A DNA stretch of 64,000 bases. It comes from Strigamia acuminata (taxonomy: Eukaryota). Below are positions 24,496 to 40,600 of the stretch, piece after piece. The notes under the pieces were generated by a model. The model was not told the DNA's origin, searched no databases, and saw nothing but the letters and a program-made list of their open reading frames with translations. Position 1 is the stretch's first letter; the number at the start of each line of letters is the position of its first letter. The DNA is taken from positions 13,206,001 through 13,270,000 of the forward strand of contig OX442314.1 of NCBI GenBank assembly GCA_949358305.1, in the 5' to 3' direction. The position numbers and the translations under genes were made by a program.

Positions 24496-27400
24496 GTGGA
24501 GATGAGCCACGAAATCACGAATTTAAAGTTTTAATAATTTAGGTGCATATATAAAATTAAAACGAGTATTTGTGTAATGCCATAAACCATTGCATTTGCA
24601 CTTAAATGCTTATAAAAAGCCATTAATGGAATGATGCATAAGCTGAGTGTGTTAATGCGGTTTTAAAATGCGATTAGGGGAAGTCTTTGCGCAGTTAAAG
24701 TTCACCTATTCATTAAAAAATAGTATTTTGAAAGAAGCGATTGCGAATACGTCAAAAAGTAAAGAAAAGGAGGACGGAAGAGAGACTGCACGAGCACGAT
24801 TTCGTGATTTGTTGCATAATTTCTGCGAGTCTTTTGAAAAACGACATCATTTTTCAAGTTGAACTCGTGCACTTTGGATTATTATATAACTGTAATTTTA
24901 TTTATGCCGTTTCTAGGCCAACTTAACTGGCAAAAAACACGAAAAAGTTAAAATAATAAATAATGATAATAATAAAAGTAACTCTTTTATCATTTTTTCC
25001 TTTCCTCCCTTCAAAGCACTTGCACTTATTGCACGAAAAGAAAGAAGAAGAAGAAGAAGTGCCAGTTCCGAATGGACGAGCCTTGTTCTAGAGAAATAAG
25101 TGATAGAAGGTGGTAATTTACAAGGCAAAATAAGGTGGAAGTCCACAGATTTTCCAAGAAGTTGATGGCTCCCAAAGTCAGAACATTCCGAGAGCAAGTC
25201 ATAAATTTTCTGCTTGGCTGTTCAGCTGCACTTGGTGGGCGGATTCCAGCGAGATGCAAAACCTCGTCGACTGCCAGTACTTTGCTATAATATTTCTACG
25301 CCACTGATTAAATGCACGACGTTAGGCTAATAACATCTGCGTGTGCAAGTGGAAGAGGGCGCAGCTAGCAGCATCGAATCGCGAGTGGCTGTAATATGAT
25401 GGAAGGATCATTGAAATCTTATTGGCAGCGTTCGGAAGCATTCTGCTTTGATGAGTGATTATAAAGTGCGTGTTTACCGTGCAACGAGGCCTTTAATTGT
25501 CTTTGTGATATGTCATCCATTTAGCTCTTTGTGGTTTCGAACAGCCCCATTTCACGTAAATGATGCAGTTCTACCACAAACGTCTCTGAATGGCCAATGA
25601 GGTCAATATGCGGTTAGTGTGCGGATGCATTCTGCAAATGAGCCGTAAGGATTTTTACGTCTCGAGGGTGTCGTTCTTTACTTGCCTTTTAAATTTCCTC
25701 TTCTCTTTAATGCATTCGCAACAGGACTTTAGGCTTTTTTGCTTTTGCTTTTACTTCTGCTTGTTTGTGGGCTTTTTTCTTCGAATTTCTTGTTTTTTGT
25801 ATTTTTTTTTTTTTTTTTTTTTACTTCGAATGTAATAAAAATAAAAATAAATATAAAAAAAGATGTTTTTATGCGAGGTATCAGATGACTGTAATGCAAT
25901 TGGGAAATTTTCTTTGCTCTTTTCTAACGTCTTATGTGATGCACCCCGAGTTTATTGTGCAAGTGATAAAATTGTTTTGAATGGTTGGTGATAGAATTAC
26001 ATTGTGAACACCTTTTTTTTTTACCGATGATAAATAGAGGGGTATCGACTGGTAACGGATATAAAAAAAAATTAAAAAAAAATTTCTTTTTCTTTATTTT
26101 TTTAAATTTTTCTTTTAAAAAATATTTTTCTCACGGTTGGAGACTCAATATTGAAAGTTAATTTCGGTTAAAAAATCCATTATTCAATTTAATGGATAAA
26201 TTTGGACAGTTTCCAGACTAGGAATATTTGTTGAAGTGCAGCCAAGTTGTTTGATTAAAAGGAAATCAGTGTAATTTAGTGAATCTTGTAAATTTATTTC
26301 TTGTTAGTGCTGCAAAGTTAGTTTAGTGGTGTTTAGTTGAATTTGGGGTAAGATTTCTCATCAGCTCCATTGGGAAAAGGCTGATTTGCATCCACTTAGC
26401 CACCTACTGTGTGCTGCAGATGGGAAGGAAATCTGCTTTTATTTTACAACCAAAATGTACAGCGGAAGGAGGCAAATGACGGCCATCAGTGCGTTTTAAT
26501 GGATCATCGCATTTGGCCAAGTGGAAATTCAATGATAGAAATTGATCATCAGTTTTAATACACGAGATTGGTGTAATAATGGCATAGCAAGACGTAATTG
26601 TAGCTTTAAATGCGACATTACACAGTTTGCTGGCTGGAATTCTCATTTTTTTAAACGAATTTCTTGTGATCACACTTTGAAAATTTTTCACTTCGCAGCG
26701 AGCGAAGCAGATGATGTCGAAAGATCATTAAGTGAGTGACATCATTAGATGGCAATGAAGGTTTCTCTCTTTAAGATGAAGTTTCTTCTTCATTTCTTCA
26801 GCAGAATTTAGATAAAATTTACGATTTAAAATGAGGTTTTTAATATGTAAATAGCTTCAGTAGATGAAATTTATAACAGGATTAAATGTAATGAAATTTT
26901 GTACTCTTGTCAAGGAAAAATAAGCAATTTTAAGGTTTTTTTAGAGAAAAAAAAATTTTTTTTTTATATGCATGATATATTTTTTTTAAGGAGTGTGGTG
27001 TGATGTAGTGTTATTACGAGTTGGAAGTTTTTGTGTAGGATAAAACGTGGATGCAAGTGTTTTTGCTCCCATGTGAGCTGTGCATTCTTCTTTTCGTGCT
27101 CGTCTCTCGCGTATAATGTTTGTGAAATTGCAGCCTTACAAGTGGATGGGGAGAAACAGCAACCTCTCAGAAAACAATTTGTGGCGTTATTTTGCACTAG
27201 GGGGGCGAAAATGAAATAAGTGTGTGACAGATTTAAAATGACTCGTGATTCAAGCTAAGTTTTTTATGTTTTGTCATAAAACACATGTGATTATTTGCAT
27301 GTAGAGAAATAAAACAGAAACAAAGAAGAAATGCGAGCAATTTGGAGATTTACATGGGAAATGCGTTGCAATTTATTGGAATTTATTATCCCATGTCATC

Positions 27401-28632
27401 CTGAAAAGAATGGGAAAACAACAAATTCTTTTTTAAAGTTCAGGCAGAACTGGACAACACTTGAAATTTATTCTAATAATATTCTTGCATTCTCATCTAG
27501 ATGGTTTATTTTACAGTTTCTGAATTTGGAGCAAGTAAAAAATTATCAAATATTCAAGAAAAACATTTATACAAAATAAAAATAAAAATATGCAAAATAA
27601 AAAAATTTATTCGAGTGAAATCAGGTGTTAAATAACAACTTGATGCCATTTCAAAGTGTTCTTGATGTAAATGAATTATAATAAGTAATTACAATTTATT
27701 TTTTTCTATTTTTTTTATTTGTTTATTTCTTAAAAGTTTTTCCAGACACTAATTTAGTGACTTCCCCTGGTGTCTGTTTTTGGCGAAATCTTCAGTTTTC
27801 CGAACGCAAGCATACGTACACGGTACACGATATGTGTCTTAAAAAAAAGGCAAGAATTGATACGTACATGTTACATATCGTTAAAAAAAGACACAAATCG
27901 CCGTTTTTTCCGGGAAAATGACGATTTATGCATTTATTTCTGATTTTCGGAAAATACGCATTTATAGCCAATTTCAGCTTTTTATTGAATAAAAAAATTC
28001 CTATGCATTTATCCGGGCCCTATTTATACGTATGGATTTTATTTAAGTTTAGGTTTAATGTCAATAGAAATTTCATTTTGTGTGATGATAATTTGTGTTT
28101 TACCAACTTTTTAATTGAGAACAAGAGTGAAGCAAAGTTCTGAGGTACAATTACCTTTTTTCTTACGGATGGTTTTAACTCATTAGAAATTCCACACTCG
28201 TATTCGGATCGAAAAGCTTGTCGATTTTTTCCTCTCGTTTGTTGTCTCTTGTCTTTTCACGCAGAAGTAATGTTTTGATGAGATGTGTAATTTAGTTTGT
28301 TTCTTTCTGCTAAAGTTTTGCTGCTATGGATATAGAATGATAAAACGATCTTCCGTATCCTGCAGGAATTCGTCTCTTCAGTCTTCTCGCATCCGCTGCC
28401 AAATTTATGGCGTGTTTTCTTCAGGGATGGAATAAAACATAATGAAGGAACTGTTTTACTATCTGTTCCAATTTGTGCGAGTTCATATAAATATAAATAA
28501 ATATTTTTTTTTGTTTTTAAAATTTATTTTGCGTTAGTAATTTTGCAAATGGATCACGACTCGCGTCTGGCGAAAGCGAAAGTGTGATGAGACGTGTCCT
28601 TTTAAATATTTCAAGATTCTTATCCAGTTCAG

Positions 28633-28658
28633 ACACACACACACACACACATACACAC
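28633..28658. repeat. (CA)n microsatellite
   Basis: acacacacacacacacacatacacac. Confidence 0.9.
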
Positions 28659-31600
28659 GCAAGCTTCTTCAATTTTTAAAGAGTTTTGATTATTTTTCTT
28701 CACTTGTTCGTCTGTCTGGCCCACTTTTCTCATTACCTTTTAAGGAAATGGGGTCTGATACACAAGTTGGAGGTAATTACCGAAATTAATTGAAGTTATC
28801 CTGCAATGATGAGTCGAAATTGCCATATCACGTAACGAAAGCAATAAAACTGGATTCTATTTCACAAGACGAAATTGTGGAAACGAGCTAGTTACATAAA
28901 CACGAGCTAATAAAGTCTTATAAGCTTATAAAGCAGTGAGGAATGTATAAAGTTGAACTGGGGGATGCATTTTTCGGAATGAAAGCGAGTCTGGTTTGCC
29001 ACATTCGTCCTGACTCTCACTTTATTTATATGCGCATAATCCTTGGATTCTGCTTGAACTCACTCTTCACCATCCGCTCGACTTGTTAATGCCGAGTTCA
29101 AGACGACTGACTGCAAGGGTGAATGAGCTCCAGATGCCTTTTGTGCTTTGCTACCAGGGAAACTAGAAATGAACATGATAGTTGTGCCTTGCCTATTTTA
29201 TGTCAACTTTCATCTGCGCTTGTCACATTTACCGCCGCAGTTAACGGCGCACCGGACTTTGGCAGCCAAGTAGGCAGTTTTTGATGGCATGGCACGATTC
29301 CATGGGTTTTTTTTGGGTTTTTTTTTGTTTTGAATTGAATTTAATGTGTTTGTTTGATGAGTGTAAAGGGAAATATGGAAGGTCAGTGATTTGGAGGAGT
29401 TTACAAGTGGTTGATTTTAGATTTGTGTGTTGCTCTGGTGATATTGAAAATCAATTTGCATTTTGAATACTTTTTTTTGATGAAATATATTTGAAGGGAT
29501 TGGAAATCTATGAATTTTTTTTTTTTTTATTATTTTTTTTTTTTTTGTTGTTGTTGAAAAATCAGTTTTTAAAGTGTTGAAATTGATGTTTAGCAGAAAC
29601 TAAAGTGTATCCACATTCCACAAGAAGTGTTTGATGTAGTGGGATGATTCTTGGTTGGAAATATTTCATAATGTTGTGGTCGTCTTTCTGGTCGATAAAC
29701 TTTGCGAGTAAATTATTCCGTGGTGCTGCCACCTGTTACCACGATGATTAACCTAATCTCCTGACAACTCGCCTTAATAAAAAAATAAATTACAAACATT
29801 TGCTTTTGGCATCACGAGTGTAGAAAGTTGGACAAAAATTGTTGCATTTTAAAAAAAATCTGAGTATTTTACATATTAAATTCAGTTAATTTTGCATCTT
29901 ATCTTTACCAAAATACCTACAAAAATGGATTATCTGAAATTTTTCGTCTTAAAACTGCTTAAATCAATGAACTCGTTGCTGCAACACCGAACATAATATA
30001 GCACATAATAACTCATTTACAGCGCAGAATCGAACTTTTATCTCAATTTCTTCCAGCTTTTAAGTTTTAACAAGATTTCTACCTTAAAAACGAGTAGGGG
30101 ATAGACCGAGAATTTAATTTTGAAAACTTTTTTGTCGAATCCAAACTGAAACCCAATTTTTCTCTAATGGAAACCGAAGCGAAGGGAAAAAAAAGATGCA
30201 CGAGATATGAAAATTTTGCGTGATGTCACGTCGGAGTGATGGATGGCTCATTTCTCATCTTTTAAGCAGTCTAATAAATAGATTAGATCAGAAGGGGGGG
30301 AACAGGCAGGCAGGCTGGCAGGCAGGGCGGCAGGCAAGACTTGCCTCGCAGCCGTGAGGTGAATGGACACACACGGCACGGACCCCCTCCCTTTCATTAC
30401 ACAGGTTTTCCCCTCGTTCTTGCCAAATGAGTTGGCAAACAGCCAAAATCTAGTTCGCTCACTTGTGCTGTGCGAAAGGGAGAGTAAACTGCCTCAGTCT
30501 TACAATTCGACACAAAAGCAAGTCCCGTCCTCATCAATTCTTTTCTACTGCATGAGGAATCTTAACGTGTCGATTTGCCTTAATTGTAGCACAACTCATT
30601 GACACAAAGGCAAAGGGGAGTGGAAACGAGGCTGTTCAACCTTAACGCTTTGTTGTTGTTTGCTTACGTGATGGCTGAATTACAATTTATTTTTACTGCG
30701 AGTGCAGAAAGGAATAAAAAGAAACGGCTTTTTTCCATCTATTAAAGAGCTGTCACTTGACATACAGCTCGACAAGCAGACTGCACTTGGAAATGACAGC
30801 AGACGTTTGCGAGATGCGTGCGAAGAGTCACAGTCGTGTTGATTTTCTTTTTGCACGCTTTTAGTGATTTTTGCTGCAGTTTTGCGCCCGTTTTAGCTGG
30901 ATATTCTGTAGTAGGGATACGGGGAAATGGAATGTTTATGTAAAGATTCCCTTTGGAGAGAATTCGGGGGCGTTGTTGTGTAAACCATTAGTGACAGCAC
31001 ATTTATTAAAGTTTGCTGTGCCTTAATTGCTAATGGCTCGGCGCGGATTTCGGTTGAAAGTCTGAGTTTCTCTCTCTCTTTCCCTGTGGGCATTTTTCAA
31101 TGTCGTCATCAGGCACGACGAAGACGAGGATGGCTTCCGTTGTGTGCGATTTCACAACGTCCCTTTCCTGCAGCAGTGGCGCGCGCATCGGGTGAGCTAA
31201 GGCACCTCATCGCGATGGAAATGGGGCGATTTTGAAGCAAATTGTCAGTCAACGACACTACTATCGGTCTGGCGATTGCCGTCGGGATGCGAATGGGAAA
31301 TGCGAGACTCGCTGTGACTGTACGGGCATACGCAGGTGCATTGCAGTGAAGACGTTTCATATTTCGCCACCAAATCGAGATCATTTTTCTTTTCTCGGGC
31401 TGTTGTGTGCAAGAAAATCGAAAGAATGCATTAATCAAGTTGCTCAGGAAGGAAGGAAGTGAATTCGGCTTGCCATGGCCGCAATTGAGCAATCTCGTAT
31501 CCTCGGAGACAACTTGGAGATAACATTATTTGTTGATTGAATTTTAAACATAAAAAAATAACAACAACGAGAGAAAAAAAGACGTCAACTGATTTATTTC

Positions 31601-34600
31601 GTTTAGTGGTTCTTAAGAAGGACTTTGTCATGATTGATGACAAGTTTAATTCTGTTATTTTTTTCTTTTTTTTTCTTTTGGAAAAAGTGGAGTTTTAGTT
31701 TTTGTAAAAAAAGACACTCAAAGATTTTAGAATAATTACTTTTTGCATTAGTGATATTAGTTTGACGAGAGTTTGGCTGGAATTTTGTGGAGGAAATACC
31801 GTAAACAACATCTGGTTAAATGAATTTAATCTCTTTAAGCTAAAGAATCAATTTGGTTTTAGTAATTAATTGTGAAAAAAGCCGAGGATTTGCCTGTTTT
31901 GGTGAATACTGAGTATATTCTCTACTTTAAGCCTTTATGGATTGTAGAATTCATTGTCATTTTATGACTTTTTTTCCATTTCTTCGTGGTAATCGATACT
32001 TACCTGTTGTCCGTAGCAACATTTATTAAAATTGTCAGCATCTTCTTCCACAAAATCTTCAAAAAATAATAAATGTTTAATTTTTTAGAAATATAAATGA
32101 TAATATATTAAATTTTGATTTTATTTCAATTGATTTTTATCACGGACCGAAAATCCATAATTACATAAGGCTTATGTGTATTGCGATGTCATTTTGCGCA
32201 CATTTCATCCGTTTTATCTTTTTCGCTACGAGCAAATTCATTAAATTCTCCTAATATATCATTATAAAATGGCCACACGCTATCTCCCTTTCGAGGCAGC
32301 TAACTATCCAATTTTAAGATGAAATCTGAGCTAGTAATTACACTTAAAACTATTGAAATGAATATCACATTACTCGTTTATTGATCTAGTTTGTTGGCAT
32401 CATCATCAACTTAGTTATCTTTCTTTGATGCCATTAAATGTTTAAAGGCTTTGACGCCTTTCATTTGTGTAAATTGCATAACATCAAAACCAACAGCCAA
32501 AATGTCATTCCGTTGGCATGCAGTTGTATTTGTAGATAGGCAAAAGCTGTCAGAATGATAAATTTGTTATACGTTTCCAGTAAAGTGCAATGCCACTTTT
32601 ATTCCCCACCAATTTATATCTCCGCCAGTGCGGAATTCCCATTTTATTTCCGCTCACATTTTGAATTTTCTTTTCCCTTCATTCTTCTCACATTTTCCTC
32701 CCACACTCTCTTACAAAATACCAACTTAAATAACAAATGGTAAATGAAGTAATTATAAGGATTGAACAAGTTGATTGGATGGGATCTTTTCACACAGAAC
32801 TCATTTGCATCGAGACTTTATCCCTCACGCGACCATTAAAGGAGACAAACTTTGTCGTGGCAGTTGAGACACGTCTGGACTACGTAATGGCGAAGAGAAG
32901 TCGGTGTCAATTACAATGGATTCGTGGAAGCACGCGATGACTGAGGGCGAGAGGTGGGAAAAGTGTTGTGTTTAGCTCTGCTTTAAGACTTGATCCGTCA
33001 TTACAGCGCAATGTAAGGGACTGTTAAGATCATTAGTGACACTGCATCGCCTACAGTGGCATGGGTTAACTACCGTTTTCTTGTAGTGTTGTCAATATAC
33101 CAGTATCGTGGTTTTTTTTTCCTTTCTCCTTTTTTGTATGTATAAAGTTGCAGAGCTCATAAGGACCTGCTAAGTGCCTTCATCGTTATTGGTTCGTAAT
33201 ATTAGTCCTTTTGCTTGTTGCTGAAGCACCCTTGGGAAATAATTGAAGGTGATCATTAGAAGAGGTTCAATTTGCTCTTGATTTTATGGCTGGACTTTGT
33301 GTAATTTGGAAATTTTAGTTTTTTTTTTTTGTTTATAAAAGCGGGTAGCCGCTTCCTGGATTTTAAAAACAAGCAATACACTACGGAATTGTAAGCAGAT
33401 GTCACGTGTCTGGTCGTATTTAATGTGGTGGCGAGAAGTGACACTCATCATGGCGTCAACGCTTGCTGCTTAATTTACTGCGGCGGTGGTATTGGTCTGC
33501 ATGTAATACGGTTTTGAAATTTTTTTTTTAATGTTTAATAAGCTTAGAAATGTTTCTAAACTGTTTTTTTTTTCAAGAGCAAAATTCATTAACTTTGGAT
33601 GAGTAAATTTGTTACTTTTTAATTACCGCTTGCGCTGGACCGTCACATAAAAAGCTAATAAAGTTAATTTTAATCAAAATCTAATATTGTTCTAGTTCAG
33701 ATGTACATTTAAATTAAATAAAAAAGCAATTTTGAACAATGCTTGTGTGGGCTTATTTTAATATTACGAGAAGCATTAGTGTGGGTTTTACAATGGATTT
33801 TTTTTAAGCTGTTTATTTTTATTGCTGGGAGGGGATTGGAGGGCTTGAAAATTGAGGTCACATTCATAGAAGTTAACGGAATCTTTCTTGATTCTATTGC
33901 TTTTTTTGTGTATTTGGAGGAAATCTTTTTGGAATTGGATCGGGGAATTTGTAATATTTGTTTTTGGGTAGGCTGGATTACTATAAATATTTAAAAAGCA
34001 AATTGTAATTTGATTTTAAATTTTATTGTCTACTTAGAAAGGGATTGGATTTTTTTGATGAAAGTTGGCAGATCGTGAAACCCAAAACAGTACTTCGGTA
34101 AATTTTTAAGTTCTAACATGGGTTTAAACAGGAAATGATGTCATTTTTGTTTTAAAATTGAAGTAAAACACAAAATATTTTAGTTTTTGAATGCAGCTAT
34201 AGTGAAATGCTTTTGGTTTCATGAAAATACTTTTCATAATACATTTTTGCGTGCCATTGGTTTGCCAATGATAATACCTTTTGTAAAATGTTGTAAAATA
34301 TATTTTGAACCATATGGGTTCCTACTTCTTGTAGCAACAATTTATTTATCCGCTGTTTGTTCGAAATTCGAAATTCGAAATTCGAAAATCGGAAAAATCT
34401 TTCTGCATTTATTTGCTTTAAATTTCCACCACCCGTCACTTTAGTCGCGTACATTATGCATTTTCCTCTCAAGATTTTACGACAAAAAGATTTAAGATAA
34501 TGTATACATTCTAAAGATTATAAATACACAGTTGACGCAGAGTTATATCCTTTTAAAAAACACGTAAAAATGCTTAATTTCGTGAATTGCAGCAGCTGGC

Positions 34601-37600
34601 AAAAATTTCATAATGAAAAACGAACACGATACACGGGAAAAGAAAAGAAAAGATCTTCCTTCCCTTCTACTCCAGCAGCCCCTTTGCAATGTCCATCATA
34701 CTTCGGAAAACATATTGCTCATTCCAACCACACCCCACTACTAGCCGTCTCTGATTTTGAGCTTGACTGGACAGTCCATCCAGCTCATTTTATTATTTTT
34801 TTCCATTCCATCCTTCCTTTCGTTTCCCCGTTCCGCGCGAACGTGTCGTGTGTCGAAAACGATGTCCAGTGAATTTAAAATGGATAAGGGGGGCGGGGGG
34901 GCATCAAAGTTGGCGTTTCAACATAGCCGCTTCGTGTAATAATAACGGGTGGAAAAGTTAAAGTAATTAAAGATTTTTTTTTTCTCTTTTAAACTTCCAT
35001 TTTTTTCATGGCTTGTAATAATCTTTCTATCCTCCTGAGGAAACATTAGCGAGCTGCTCGGAGACCCATCTGAAGATCCAGCGATTGGCTGCTTGCGCTG
35101 CCACTCTTTCAGTGAAGAGGGAAGTTGCGTTTGCGCAGCACCAGCTGTGCATTTGAAATATCGCAGGAAAAAAATGAAAAAAAGATGACTCGAAGCTTCT
35201 TTTTTCCCTCTATTCAAATGCTCTTTATGGCGCTGGTGATGAGTTACGATTAGGAATAATTTAACAAGGGGCTCTAGGGCGATGCGAAAAAAAGAAAGTT
35301 TTCTCAAAATTGTCAGTTTATAGATGGACTATATTATGAAATGCGATAAAAAGGTTGTTAGGCCTAACATTTAATGGCGGATGTCGCGTTTTCGAGCTTG
35401 TCAACCCAAAAATAGATTGAAAATGTATTGAAAATGTTTTTTGGGTTTTGCGAGAATGCATTTTGTAATATATTTTTGCAAATAATATACTTAATTGTGC
35501 AAAATGCTATACATTTTGTAAAATATATTTTTGAACCGTGAAACGTGAAAATTGCAAGAAAAAAAATTTAAAAATTTATTTCTAGTTTCCTATGTTATTT
35601 TTTTTTTTGGTTTGGAATGCGACAGATGTTGTCTAATGAGTTGAAAGAATGCTCTTCCTTAAAAAAAAAATTTAAATTGTAAAAAAAAAAAAAAAAAAAA
35701 AAAATGGCGGTTTTACTATCTAGCCGGATGTTTGATGTATTGTGCAGGTGCATGTTTGTCGTCGTCTGATAGTAAACGCCTACGCACACGTTTCCTCTTT
35801 TGATTGGTCCGTCCGTGTAACTTGCCATCGCAATCGATAGTAATTGACTCCTGAAGTAATAAGTTTAGTTCACCCTCACGTGCGAACGGCTACAAGGCTA
35901 ATGGGAAAACACCTCACATCCCAACCATCCCTTCGAGACGAGTGATGGCGACTTTATATACGTTGGGTGGTGCAGCTGCATCTTCAATTTTATTTTATTT
36001 TATTTTTTTATAAAAATTTTTAGTTTAAACTTTTTTCCGGAGTAAAATTTTAATTTTCTACGGTTTGTCTTTCCTTAATTTTTTTATTTTTTATTCATCA
36101 AGCGAGTCTTAAGCCCTTGGCGTTTGACTAATTTAATTATTCTTGTTGTCGGGTGAAAATTTAAATGAAGGGAAACTAAACTCGTTTGACGGAACCAAAT
36201 GAATTGAAGTGTTGGTAATTGTGAACAAGGTCGACGTACTGCGGAGAGATTTTTTGGTGTGTGATTTACAAAATGGCGTGTACTAAAAAGAAAAATGAGA
36301 CTTTGGGGACTGATTTTTCTTTTTTATTATTCTTTCTTCGTTTTTTTTTATGTTAGTTAGAATGAAAGAGCATAATTTGAATATAAAATCCATTTGCATT
36401 CCGATAGCGAGCTGATTGGGCGGCAATAAAGTTATCAAAGAAACGAATCTTCACTTGAATAAATATCTTTCGTCTAAAAATAAACGATTTCTCAGTTGAG
36501 GTTTGTTTAGTTCTCTCTACGTTTTCTCACACTGTTTAAATTTCAATTTAGAGACGTTGTTCTTGTCGCAGTTAATTTTATCAGCGAATATTGTGCATTA
36601 TTAAATACAACCCCGTTTCGTGGCATTAAAAATATGAATAGGAAGACCAAAACACATTTGTCACGTATTTTGATTGCATTTAAGGTGCAGTGTCCTCTAA
36701 CGGCGAGTAATGGGCGAGGGATAACTGGCATTCGCTGTCCGCTAATAGGCCTATGAAGAGTGAGTTACCAAGTATTGCCACTATTTGATTAGTGGACTCT
36801 ATTTTAGGATCTATGTATCAAAATAATAATCCAGCTGGGTACTAAAGTTAATTACTTAATCACGTGCGATTGGTCCAAAGTTGTATCTACTCTTAGTTTG
36901 ATGAATTTTGTTTGATTTCATGGCGGAATGGGACGTCAAGTGAATGTTTCCGTTACAATTTGATGGGTAGTTACTCACAAATATTTTGTATCACACAGAT
37001 TAAGTGAGATTAAATCAGGAAGCTTGTTCGATGATGGGGTTGGCGTAGAGGTTATGGTTAAAGTTGACATATCACATCAACGAGTTGGAGATTAAGTGAG
37101 AATAGGCATTTAGAATGTATGGTTTAATGTAGATTTAATGCTTAAAAGTGACTTCTAGCACGGTTTATTCTTTTAGAAAAATGAAGTTAAATAAAGAATT
37201 TGACTGCCTTTTTATTTATTCATGATTTTTTTTCGTTCTTTCCTGTTATTTTAGGGAAAGAAATTTAATTCTTAATGAGTCGTGCTACATTGAGTGACAG
37301 TCGTTATACTGATTTTTTTTTACTTTCTATTCTTTTTTTTTTTATTTGCTTCCATGTTTCGGTGGAAAGTTTAATTTCCTTCAATTAAATACAAGCGGGA
37401 CATTAACAAAAAAATTCTTTGGCAGAATTCAATTTTTTTTTTCTTCGCACAATTGTCTATTTGATTGGAGTTTAAACATATATATAAACATTATTAACTA
37501 AACAAGGGAATATTTTTTTTTGTTTTGCTTGCTGAATTATGAATGAAAAGGAAATTGAATTCATGAAAATAAAAATATATTTAAGAAAAAAATAATTATT

Positions 37601-40600
37601 TTTTCAAAGAAATGTGACGAGAAAAAGTGTTTACACGAGTCGAGTTGAGCGTGAATATTTGTTGGTTTGTGCGCCCCTGATGATAAAAATAAAAAAATAA
37701 AAAAAATGACGTGTTTACAAAGAAGCTCACGTCAACGGCTTTTATCCAGATAAAAAAAAAAAGATTATGATTTTTTTCCCGTTTATGTAGACGTGTTTTT
37801 CGCAGATAAATCATAGTTTAAAAGGGAAATAAAGGAGTAGCGATGCCAGTGGAATTGATTAAAAGTCTAGTTAATTCATCGTGCGGTGCAAGCGATCAGC
37901 CATAACTGGCATTGCACACCTAGTCAGTCGAGCGAATCGCCCACTAGCGGGCGAGCGTGTATGATGGGATTATTTCACATCAGATGAAGCTGTGGGGCTG
38001 TGTGTTGAAGATGATAACAGGTACAGCTAACCCGCGGCAAATGCCAAAGACATTTGAGTTTCCATCTGCTTTTTTCTCGTCAATATGTATTCCTAGTTAA
38101 AAAAAATAAATAAAAATGAAATGTGAGGACCGAGCTATATTTTCTTCTTACATTCACGTTCACGTAAAGGCGATGAAACTGAAGAAATAGAATAAAAGTT
38201 CCAATATTTTTTGTTCGCATTGCTTCGTGTGTTTTCTAAGGTGAGCAATTGCGTAAAGGGTTTTTTTTTCTTCTTTTAATATCACCTGGCCATTCTCACG
38301 AGCGTATTTGCCTGCAGTGTGTGACTGTCTTTCCTTTCTTAGCTAAAGACGTATCCAAGACAGTGCGGGGAGATGTGCATTGGATGTAGCGTTTCGTTTT
38401 AATCCTCTTGTGGGTTGCACCGCCATTCCGTGATGGCAGTTGCAGGAGAAACGAAACAAAGATGCACCAGCTGCCGCAGATAATGAGTCTCATCACTGCC
38501 GCAAACATCATACCTAGTGGGAGCTCTTATTGCCCTCTGCCCAAGAAGAGAGCACCAAGTGGAATGGTTTATATGAGAAGAGAGAGGAACTTGCTGGAGA
38601 TTTACTAGACTAAGCTGCTTAATGGAAGTTCTCCATTTCAAATATTGCATCTTGATGTTTTTCAAATAGAAAAAGAAAATTGATTTTTTTTTTTGAAGTT
38701 AGGAAGTTACGGCTGGGTGTTTACCGAATGAAAAAAATATTCTCATTATGTGGTTTAGAGAGCGCGTAAGCCTTCTTGCTTAGATTGGGTTTTGGTTTTA
38801 TTTTATTTTTTGAAGGCTTAATAAGCCGGAACTTGGAAAAATGATTTTTTGCATTTTTGCGCATAATTTAAACAATTTTGTGATTCAAAAATAAATTCGA
38901 AAATAAAAAAATTTAAAAAATTTAAAATAAATTAATTTTGTTGAATTTTCGAAAATTAATTTTGGTAAATTTACGAAAATTTAAAAAAAAAATTTATTTT
39001 TGGATTTAATTTTCGAAATTGTTTTTTTCACTGCATCGCTTGCAAATTGAAATTTCTTATTTTTCTTAAAATCACGAAGTAATTTTTTTTCTCATTTTAT
39101 TTTTTCTTGCAGTGAAAGGTCGCTAAAATGCTCGTTAGATGGCGTTTGATTTACGAGAATTGCAGAAAAGCAAAGTGAGGGGGAGATTTGTGCTATCGGA
39201 ACGAGTTGAAAAGCAAAGGAGATTTTAAAAAAGCGCAAATAACGAGTTATTCGTAGTGCTTGTGCATCGGTTTGTTTTCCCTTTCTGGTTGGCTAAACAA
39301 ATGATCAATACGCAGGCGTGGATGGCTAACCAAAGAGAAGGATGTTTATTACAGTGCGTTTTCTTGTTGTAGCCAATCCCCGGGAGACAGGTTGAAATGA
39401 ATAGGCCCATTGTGCAATTGACTGCTTTCATTATCGCTTCCATGTTTTCACGTTGCATGGCAATTAGGTTTATTTGGCCAAATAAAATATGAGTGCGCTC
39501 ACTGTGTGGCGAGTGCTGGTCAAGCGATATCACAATCCTGAAAGAGGCTATTAATCATGGGAGTATGCAACCGAGATTCAGCGGCCACTCTAAAACCTGC
39601 TCTATGATCCTACGGTGCATTGAATACACGTGATTTATTCTCATAATTCGTCCGAAAAACACGCGGCAAACTTATTTATTCCCCGCTGTAATAACAATAC
39701 GCGAGGGTTTCTTGCACAATCCAATTACCTTTGGCGCGCACAATTCAGTGAGATATTGTTTTCGGATCCCTATGTGGCCTTAAAATTAATAACGATGCAT
39801 TTTGAGCACGTTAAGAGATTAAAGTGTAACACAAAGGTGAGTTTGATCATGGCGCCCCTCTACCTGGGTGTGATCCCATCACCTCGCCTCGATTTCGCAC
39901 GACAAGCATAGAAGATGTATTGCCGGCCGTTGCCACGTATTAATGGATGGCGCGCCCATCGATGCGCACACACGGAAAGAAAATATTGAGTCAGAAATGG
40001 AAGTTTAAAAAACATGATTCCGATTTATATCCGTTGGAAAGGGACATTATTCGTCGCAAACACATTTGACAAACAAGATAAATGCTTGAGGAAGGGAAAA
40101 AATCAATAGATAGGTGGATACGGGGGAGTTGGAAAGGAGACAAGAAAGGAAGTTTGCCTTGATCAAGGGGATGTGACCTGCAAGTGTTGAAGCTAACAAC
40201 AGATTTATTTTTCGCCCGAGTCTTTCTGCAAGGACTCGTTAAAAGATAACGCGCCTCAGAGTCCCGATAATGGGTGCCAGTGTTAATAATGCAGTCCACT
40301 GCCAATGCCCATAAAGGTGAGGCAAGTGAAGTGAAGGCGAGCGACAAAACGCAGATGAGTTTGTTTCATCTTGTTTAAGCCACTCTCTTTTATGGCCGTG
40401 CAGGGAGGTCGAATGTATTTGGACGAGTGCACACGTCGATCCAATTTTTGCATCCTACAGGGAGGATTTTACACTCTGCCTCAAGATGATTCACTTCACT
40501 CGAATACGACCCCGGAGAATCGGTCCGAATTAGGCGCAAAACGTTGGAGAGTTTCTATTCTATATATAAATCCAAGGAGAGGAGGAGGTGAAGACTCTGA

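Noticed and set aside
33760..34075. Possible Jockey-like LINE RT fragment on the - strand (SIVKPTL)
   Set aside because: Too few matching residues to support by eye.
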